Origin: a virus
Taxonomy: Duplodnaviria > Caudoviricetes
Length of the DNA stretch: 50,288 nt
Reading direction: 5' to 3' (one strand)
IMG/VR virus record: IMGVR_UViG_3300025135_000008
Location: 1-50,288 of that record
Each line of letters opens with the position of its first letter. Within the stretch, counting starts at the first letter, position 1. Made by a program: the position numbers and the translations under genes. The notes below the pieces were generated by a model. It worked only from the letters and a program-made list of their open reading frames with translations, was not told where the DNA came from and did no database searches. Below are positions 43,688 through 50,288 of the stretch, in pieces.

Positions 43688-45562
43688 TCAGGTGCCAAAG
43701 CAGAAGCTGGCGGGTTGCTTGACGGCAACGTCCAGATCTTGATGAGCAATTACGCGAACGGTGCCAGCGGTGGCGCCAGCATACGGATCAACCATCAGGT
43801 CGAGGCCGCTCCACATCCCCATGACCATCATGGAGAAATCACCAAACAAGGTGTCATTGGTCAGCAGTTGATTGGACACGATCACCGGGTAACCGTTGAC
43901 CTCATCATTCTCGTACACAAACTGAGCCGTGTTGACAGCCTTTTCGGTGCCCTTGAGAGCGCCACGGCTGGTGGCATTCATGATGTAACGCATGGAACCA
44001 GCGTCTGCGTTAGCGGCAGCCACGTCGGTCTCCATCGCAATCAACTCCGTGAAGGTGCCAGCGCTAGTCAGGCTTTCAGTGCCAATACCAGTGGTATTGA
44101 TCAAGCCCAAGGGCTGGTTGCTTGAGCCGGTGCCGTAAATAGCAGCACGGTCAATTTCCAACGCCAGAACCCGCGTCAGGTCGTTGCGGATCATGCCCTC
44201 AACATCAATGCTCGATTGGAGCAGCAGCCGACGGCTGTAGTCCACAAAAGCAGCGACAGTCTTGGGGGTCATGTTGACCTGATCAATCGCTTGCTGCGAT
44301 TCCTGAGGAGCAACGTTCTCACCCACCCAGTAGGCGGTAGCGGCCGAGGTCTGCCGAGGAATGCTGATATTGCCCTGCAGGCCAGACAGAATCGTCACGC
44401 CAGCTTGAGCAAAGGCCAGCCGATTGCGCAGCAGCTCGATGAAGCTACCGGACAGCAGATCGTCAGCCACAAGGTTGCCACCCGAGGTGGGGATATCCAC
44501 CAGCAAGTCGCGACGCAGCACTTCGTTAGGCACCACGATGCCATTAGAGGCACGCTCGTACTTGCTAGCGGCAGCCTTGCCAACTTCAATCTCAAACTCA
44601 GCAGCACGCCGCGCAGCTTGATCGGAAGGATTAGCCAGGTAGTTCAGCGCCTTGACAAAGCTAAAGCGCTTGATTTCTTTGCCAGAAAGGCCAACGTCGT
44701 TGCGAGTCACGTCTTCAGATCGGATAGGTTGTTCCACAGGTTTTTGACCGAGTTTTTCAAGTACGGCAGCGCGAGCTTCGTCGAGGCTGGTGTTGCCGTC
44801 GATCAGTTCACGGGCAAGGTCTTGCATCTGGTGCCGTTCGCCCAGTGCAGAGATGGCGGCGATACGGGTGCGTTCAGCCTCGGCGGCCTTGGACCGGATC
44901 ACCTCCAGATCAGGAGCTTTGTCCATTTGAGGTTCAGGGGTTGGTGATGCGGCGGGGGCCGCTTGTTCGCGCACCTCGTCGGTGCCTTCAGCGTTAATCT
45001 TAGTCTCTTCAGGTTGCATAATTTCAGTTGAAAGTAAAGAGCGACCCACGCCCACCGTGGGATCGGCGGGAATACTGACAACACTAATCTCAAAAGGTGA
45101 CCAGTTTGTTGCTACATAGTCCTCACCGCGCTCTTCCATATTGTTAATGGAATAACCGAAGCTAACGCCGCGAAGAATACCGTCGCGTACGTCTGCAAGC
45201 ACTTCTTGCGCAAACGGGTTACGCGAAAAACGTACTTTTGCGTATCCCCGGCGCTTTTTGCCATCAACCCATGCACGCTCGACTACCCCGACAACGCGGT
45301 CGGGATCATGGTTAAACAGCAAGGGCGCACCATCATTAAGGCGTCCCAGCTCAGCCGACTCTCCGTCGTGACTCAGAACCTCGCGGCCAAAGTAGCGCTC
45401 AACAGGGTACTCAGAGCTAAAAGGAAACTCAAAGCTCAACTCGTCCAACGCACGAAAAGCCGTTGCTTCGGTACGCTGCATCCGCTTTTCAGTTGGCGGA
45501 ATGACACGCTCCTCTACTTGATTTTCCGGCTCGGACACGGTTTGGGATTCTTCTGTAGTCAT
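43688..45562 (-). CDS. prohead protease-major capsid protein fusion (HK97 fold)
   Basis: N-terminal FSSEYPV, PLLFNH, GVSFGY, EISVVSIPAD protease; C-terminal GGNLV, IPRQ, AYWVGE, GYPV..SNQ, FGDFS capsid. Confidence 0.92.
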   Translation of the reverse strand: MTTEESQTVSEPENQVEERVIPPTEKRMQRTEATAFRALDELSFEFPFSSEYPVERYFGREVLSHDGESAELGRLNDGAPLLFNHDPDRVVGVVERAWVDGKKRRGYAKVRFSRNPFAQEVLADVRDGILRGVSFGYSINNMEERGEDYVATNWSPFEISVVSIPADPTVGVGRSLLSTEIMQPEETKINAEGTDEVREQAAPAASPTPEPQMDKAPDLEVIRSKAAEAERTRIAAISALGERHQMQDLARELIDGNTSLDEARAAVLEKLGQKPVEQPIRSEDVTRNDVGLSGKEIKRFSFVKALNYLANPSDQAARRAAEFEIEVGKAAASKYERASNGIVVPNEVLRRDLLVDIPTSGGNLVADDLLSGSFIELLRNRLAFAQAGVTILSGLQGNISIPRQTSAATAYWVGENVAPQESQQAIDQVNMTPKTVAAFVDYSRRLLLQSSIDVEGMIRNDLTRVLALEIDRAAIYGTGSSNQPLGLINTTGIGTESLTSAGTFTELIAMETDVAAANADAGSMRYIMNATSRGALKGTEKAVNTAQFVYENDEVNGYPVIVSNQLLTNDTLFGDFSMMVMGMWSGLDLMVDPYAGATAGTVRVIAHQDLDVAVKQPASFCFGT

Positions 45563-47124
45563 TTTGTCTTCCGTCGAGAACGTGATGGGCTCTGACCCTG
45601 CTCCGAGTCAGGTGCAATTGTCTCTGCAACAATAGCCTCGCCAGCCGCTGACAAACCACTAAAAATATCGAAGTCCAATACCACGCCAGCATCGCGGGCC
45701 AGTTGACGCTCGCGAGCGATCTCAGCCAGGTTCTCGTCAAAGTCGCCACCACCCGACTGAGCAATGATTTGCGCTTTCGTCAAATAACCAGCCTGCTCAG
45801 CTTCTCGATAAGCCTTGACCTCCTTAAGCGGATCAACCCAGCTCCAGCCCCTAGTAAGCCATTTGGGCGTTTCATACCGCTCAGGACGCAGTTCGTAATC
45901 AGGCAACGGCAGCTCATTGGCCAGCACTGCAAGCGACAGCCACTCGCGAAACACGCGCATGTGGAAATTATCAATCAAATAATTTTGCACAACACGCCAG
46001 TGCTCGCGGTCTTCCAGCAAGCTCAATCGCGAACTGCTGTAGTTTGTATCGCTAAAATCTCTGCTCAACGTTTCATACGAGCAGCCAAAGCCGCTGGCAA
46101 ACCTGCGCACCTTGTTGCGCACAAACATTTCAAATTGCTGGTCAGGTGAATCAATGTTTGGCACGGTGACGCTTTCGCCTGGCGCTAGGTACTTAAACGT
46201 TCCAGGCTCAAACTCGCTGATGCGCTGGTTGTTTTCAACATCGTCAGCGGTCAGCTCTCCTTCATTGTTTGTAACAAAACCCATCAGCGACGCACCAGCC
46301 CTAGCGCGAATCACCGCTGCCTCTTCGTATCCCTGCAACTGATGCGCATCTGCCATCACTGCATGGAACCAAGGCACGCCACGGTTTTGGTTTGGCCGAT
46401 CTGGCAAAAACAAGTGAATTATGTCAGCCGCTGGCGGGAAAATATGCTTCTCATTGCGTTGCGCAGTATTCTGAAACCAGTAGTCGCCTGGGTGTCGGGT
46501 AAACAACGCATATCGCACAGGCCGCCCCCATTCGTCTACCTCCACGCCATTGCGCCATTCATTGCCAGCAGCAAGCGTTCCGCCTTGATACTCCTCGTCC
46601 AGCAGGTCGCTTTCAACAATTTGCAGCGCCAAGGGCACTTTGGATGTGCCAAATGGCCTACGCACAATGCGAAAAATTGCTTCGCCGCTTTCTGGCATTG
46701 CGCCAACAGCTAGCCACTCAAAATCATGAAAGCTGTAGCGGCCAGCAACGTCACAATTCTCACGGCGACACCACAAATCCCACTTTTCTTCGATCATGCG
46801 GTTTAAGCGCTCTTCGCGCTTATTTCCCCGCACTTGCATTACCTGCGACTGAAGTTTGACGCCAGTACCAATTACGTTAATTTGCGTCGTTCGCTTAGCC
46901 TGACGCGCATATGGATTGTTGCGTACCAGCTCTCGCGACCGATCACGCAACTTGCGCAGGCTTGTCCTGATCTCAGCGTCGGCGCTGGTTTGAGTAGCCA
47001 GCCAATCCGCCGTAAGCCGACTGATTAACGCACCTTGATAGGCCCGCCGACGTGGCGCAGGCGCAGGAGCATCAGGGGCCTTGCCAAAGCCAAATGCATA
47101 AAGTAGACGGTCGCGCATTCCCAT
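45559..47124 (-). CDS. lambda-family portal protein
   Basis: LRDRSRELVRNN, GVEVDEWGRPVRY, QNRGVPW, SYETLSRDFSDTNYSSSR, WVDPLKE. Confidence 0.93.
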   Translation of the reverse strand: MGMRDRLLYAFGFGKAPDAPAPAPRRRAYQGALISRLTADWLATQTSADAEIRTSLRKLRDRSRELVRNNPYARQAKRTTQINVIGTGVKLQSQVMQVRGNKREERLNRMIEEKWDLWCRRENCDVAGRYSFHDFEWLAVGAMPESGEAIFRIVRRPFGTSKVPLALQIVESDLLDEEYQGGTLAAGNEWRNGVEVDEWGRPVRYALFTRHPGDYWFQNTAQRNEKHIFPPAADIIHLFLPDRPNQNRGVPWFHAVMADAHQLQGYEEAAVIRARAGASLMGFVTNNEGELTADDVENNQRISEFEPGTFKYLAPGESVTVPNIDSPDQQFEMFVRNKVRRFASGFGCSYETLSRDFSDTNYSSSRLSLLEDREHWRVVQNYLIDNFHMRVFREWLSLAVLANELPLPDYELRPERYETPKWLTRGWSWVDPLKEVKAYREAEQAGYLTKAQIIAQSGGGDFDENLAEIARERQLARDAGVVLDFDIFSGLSAAGEAIVAETIAPDSEQGQSPSRSRRKTK

Positions 47125-47126
47125 GA

Positions 47127-47699
47127 TCAGGCGTTAAATCGAACGAACATGTTGCGTGGATTACCAAGACCATTGGCAATCATTTCGGCCTGCTTTTCTC
47201 GCGCAACGTCAGCTTTTAGCTTTGCCTCAAGCTGCAGCAACTCGGCCATATCATAACGCTTAATTGACCGGTTACCAATTTTATATTCTTTTGTACTTCC
47301 GCCTGAGAGCAGCGTTCTGATTGCGCTTTGTACTGCGTCAAGGTCTTTTTGTGCTTGCGAACGACCGTCAAACGCATCCGCAACACCAGTAAACGAAAGC
47401 GATGGCTGGATTTCGATCTGCCCTGCGCCCAAGGTGATCAAAGTGCTGTCTGCAATCGACTCAGCAACCGCCTGCCAGAAATACTGACCAGCTTTGCTCA
47501 GATTGACAGTCCATTCAAAATCCCAGCCATTATTTGCTGCTAGGCCAACAACGCTGTCGCCAGATCCAATTTCATTGCCGCGTATGTAATAACGCAACAC
47601 GTAACCACTGCTGTTAACAGGCGCTCCAAATTGATCCACAGTTGGCAGATCTCGCCATCGCACCGTGTCGCCCTGCCTGGCTGTCGCGGGAATTTTCAC
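47127..47699 (-). CDS. head-tail adaptor (gpW-like C-terminus)
   Basis: LDAVQSAI...EYKIGNRSIKR...L; between terL and portal. Confidence 0.65.
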   Translation of the reverse strand: MKIPATARQGDTVRWRDLPTVDQFGAPVNSSGYVLRYYIRGNEIGSGDSVVGLAANNGWDFEWTVNLSKAGQYFWQAVAESIADSTLITLGAGQIEIQPSLSFTGVADAFDGRSQAQKDLDAVQSAIRTLLSGGSTKEYKIGNRSIKRYDMAELLQLEAKLKADVAREKQAEMIANGLGNPRNMFVRFNA

Positions 47700-47729
47700 C
47701 GTTTTACCCGTAATAGCCCCAGTTTAACC

Positions 47730-49586
47730 TCACCATTGGCTAACGAAGCTTCGTTTTGCTCCAGTCTGGCGAGTTGCCTGCTGTCGCGGTGCTGCCTCTT
47801 TTTGCTCTGTCATCCGTTCCATCTGATCCCACAGCGACCGCTTGTCGTAAATTTGATACAAACGATGCAATGCAGAATACGCATACACCAATTCGTCAAT
47901 GGCTTCGTTGCGGGCTGATGGCTTTTTCACCCAGTGCCGCTCAGGGAAGCCGTTGCGGAAACGCATGATTTGCTTTTCTGCTGTTAATTCTTCAAAGTAA
48001 TCAGTTGTTGATGTAGGGAAAAAATGCAAATACCCGGCACCGGGGTCGTTGTGTTTTAACCTTCCGAACAACAGTGATTTCACTGTGTCACCTCCAACCG
48101 GAAACACCTGTGCGCCTTTTTTTACTGTCTTGCCTTGGCTGTTTACGTCCACCTTCGTCGCCTTCCCCAGCGGTGGCTTCCCCTTGGTTGACATGCCTTT
48201 GATTGCAATTACGCCCATTTTTTGGCGTTCTTTTGCATATTGATACACCACGTGCGCGTTGTAGCCCGAGTCAATAGCGCAACACAGCACTCGCCTCTCG
48301 CTGCCATCCTCAGCAATGAATGGTTTCTGCAAAATTTGATCTAGTTGCTTCCACACCTCTGGCAGCGTTGGGTCTCCATACAGTTTCACTCGATCAAGCA
48401 GCCAGCCCTCTTCCTCGCGTCCCCAGCCCCACACGCTCAGCGATAGACGGTCATCCTGTACGTCACAGCCAATCGTCAATGCAAGCGCCTCCACGGGCGG
48501 CACATGCTGCTTGTACGTCTCAGAGGCAGCACGCTCCTTCAACGCATCAGCGCCAACCTTGCTTGCGTACTCGTCTTCCCACGTTTCGCCCAACACCGTA
48601 TTTACAAACGTCTTAAGCTGCTCTGCATCGTTTTTTGCGTCTAAAAACTCTTCCACCAAATTCGACCAGCTTGCGTTTGGGCTGTACGAATACGCTGCCC
48701 AAATGTGAAAAGACACGTGCTTACCATTGCCTGGTGCAGTTGGACGCCATTCGCCGCGCTCAACCATCCACCGTTTTTTGCTATGCGGTATCCATGTGCC
48801 GCATGATTCGCACGCATAGCTTGCAGTATCAGGATCGCCATCGCGCCATTTTATGTTGGCCCATTTCAAATACTGCATATGGCCGCAGTCAGGGCATGGC
48901 ACAAAATATCGCTGTTGGTCACCCTGCTGATACATCCTTTCCACGCGACTAAAATCTTTAATCGTTGGCGTTGATCCAGCAACAATTTTTCGATTCCAGT
49001 AATACTCCGTTCTTCGGATGCCAAGCTTGATTTGGTCACCCTCCGTGCCAGCCGATGCCGGGTAACCGTCAATTTCGTCAAACAACACCACTCGCCTGCT
49101 AACACGCCGGAAGCCGCGAGGTGAGTTGGCGCCCACCAAACTCAGTGATCCGCCAGGGAACTGCTTTTGCAAAATGGTGTTGGCACCGTCTTTTGCCTTG
49201 GCGTCACTCACCACACCACGCAAACAGGGCGTGTCGCGCAACATTGGCGCAATTTCTTCCTTGCTATAGCCCTGCGCGTCTTCGATTGTGGGCTGCACAA
49301 TCATTACGGGAGCAGGATCTTGATGGATGTAATACGCAGCAACGTGATTAAGAATTTTGCTGTACCCAACGCGAGCTGATTTCATCACAGTTACCTGCTC
49401 AACCGCTGGATTTGTTATTGCATCCATAATTCCCTTTTGATAGGGCAAAGTGTGCCATCTTCCGCTTTCTGCACTGCTTTCTGCGCTTAAATAGGCGTAA
49501 GTATCTGCCCATTCGCTCAAGCTCAGCCTTTTTGGTGGTGTAAACGCCAATAACGCTGCTCTTTCTAGCCTGCAAATGTTGCTCAT
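47730..49586 (-). CDS. terminase large subunit (lambda gpA family)
   Basis: MKSARVGYS, LFDEIDGY, STPT, VPCPDCG, FVNTVLGETW, DVQDDR, IDSG, RNEAID. Confidence 0.95.
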   Translation of the reverse strand: MSNICRLERAALLAFTPPKRLSLSEWADTYAYLSAESSAESGRWHTLPYQKGIMDAITNPAVEQVTVMKSARVGYSKILNHVAAYYIHQDPAPVMIVQPTIEDAQGYSKEEIAPMLRDTPCLRGVVSDAKAKDGANTILQKQFPGGSLSLVGANSPRGFRRVSRRVVLFDEIDGYPASAGTEGDQIKLGIRRTEYYWNRKIVAGSTPTIKDFSRVERMYQQGDQQRYFVPCPDCGHMQYLKWANIKWRDGDPDTASYACESCGTWIPHSKKRWMVERGEWRPTAPGNGKHVSFHIWAAYSYSPNASWSNLVEEFLDAKNDAEQLKTFVNTVLGETWEDEYASKVGADALKERAASETYKQHVPPVEALALTIGCDVQDDRLSLSVWGWGREEEGWLLDRVKLYGDPTLPEVWKQLDQILQKPFIAEDGSERRVLCCAIDSGYNAHVVYQYAKERQKMGVIAIKGMSTKGKPPLGKATKVDVNSQGKTVKKGAQVFPVGGDTVKSLLFGRLKHNDPGAGYLHFFPTSTTDYFEELTAEKQIMRFRNGFPERHWVKKPSARNEAIDELVYAYSALHRLYQIYDKRSLWDQMERMTEQKEAAPRQQATRQTGAKRSFVSQW

Positions 49587-50143
49587 TCGTCTTCTCCCGC
49601 CTCTTCAGGCGCAGCACTTGCTAAATCTTCCAAAGTTTCGCGTACAATATCGTCCAAAACATTGATTGCATCCATATCTAAATCTGGAATCCTTTGCTTT
49701 GCCTTTGTTGGTATTCCCAAGATCTTGGTTCGTGCCATCACCACAATTTCAACCCATCGCGCCTCAACCCCAGCAGCAGCCACCAACACCCCCTCCTTTT
49801 GCTTTCGTTCCAGCTCAAGCAACTCTGCTTTCAAATGCTCTGTCCTAGCGCGGCTTTCGTCGTACTCCGGTATCGCTTCATTCGTCGTGCCAAGTCGTGG
49901 GCTCATCCGATCTTCCCGACTGCGTAATACCGGTCGCTCGCCGCCGCCTGCAGGCTTGGGTCCAACACCAATTCGGGTTTGCGTGTTACGCGCCCATTCC
50001 TCGCGCATTGTCTCACTATTTACCTTCAGCGTTCCATCCACGCATTCTTTCACGCTCAGGCGACCGCTCTTGACAGCCGCGTAAACGGCTTCCCTCGTAA
50101 CGCCAAGCACCCTGGCGGCTTCAGCTCGACTAATCATTGGCAT
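49583..50143 (-). CDS. terminase small subunit (Nu1-like)
   Basis: N-terminal HTH (ISRAEAARVLGVTREAV); RAR.EHLKAELLELE.....G.LV; ATGA-coupled to terL. Confidence 0.85.
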   Translation of the reverse strand: MPMISRAEAARVLGVTREAVYAAVKSGRLSVKECVDGTLKVNSETMREEWARNTQTRIGVGPKPAGGGERPVLRSREDRMSPRLGTTNEAIPEYDESRARTEHLKAELLELERKQKEGVLVAAAGVEARWVEIVVMARTKILGIPTKAKQRIPDLDMDAINVLDDIVRETLEDLASAAPEEAGEDE

Positions 50144-50288
50144 AAAGCGAGTTTAGCCTGAAATCCAGCACCTGTGATAAAGTATCCGGCTTTTTCGATT
50201 GCTCGCCGGGGTAGGGGACCTATTTGTATTTATAGAGAAACAACTTTTAAATGACGTGCCAAGCCGAACGGTGGGGCCCGAAAACCCT

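Noticed and set aside
44216-44947. Long + strand ORFs opposite structural genes (e.g. 243 aa here; also 28940-29515, 36813-37376)
   Set aside because: Antisense shadows of well-supported genes in GC-rich DNA, with no recognisable motifs.
1-50288. Integrase, CI repressor, tRNA or photosynthesis genes (psbA, hli)
   Set aside because: No matching motifs found by eye. Absence of tRNAs should be confirmed with tRNAscan-SE.

Overview
The window is a near-complete genome of a long-tailed (siphovirus-type) dsDNA phage with lambda-like packaging. Several small gene families suggest a picocyanobacterial (Synechococcus/Cyanobium-like) host; this is inference. Left arm (1-15.2 kb, mostly + strand): VRR-NUC nuclease, SF2 helicase, an RHH repressor-like gene coupled to a P4-alpha-type primase-helicase, a TCTTAC/GTAAGA repeat-rich putative origin, a stand-alone NAD+-dependent ligase adenylation domain, DnaQ-like exonuclease, RecE-like nuclease, SSB, ThyX, dNMP kinase and many small ORFs. 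An intact IS605-type element (tnpA + tnpB, 10623-12339) interrupts a small 4-Cys gene. Right arm (15.2-50.1 kb, - strand): terS, terL, gpW-like adaptor, portal, protease-capsid fusion, head/tail completion, tail tube, frameshifted tail chaperones, tape measure, tail tip, two large fibre/spike proteins, a moron-like array of micro-ORFs, lysis genes, dCTP deaminase and HNH. No integrase, DNA polymerase, tRNA or CRISPR was seen. The most notable signals are (i) a phased A_AAA_AAG -1 frameshift extending a holin-like gene into a start-less ORF, (ii) a TnpB element whose target motif (CCAC) and guide can be read from the sequence, (iii) the minimal LigA-like adenylation domain, and (iv) an array of micro-ORFs starting ATGAC(T/C)GA. 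All calls come from motif recognition by eye; no searches were run.
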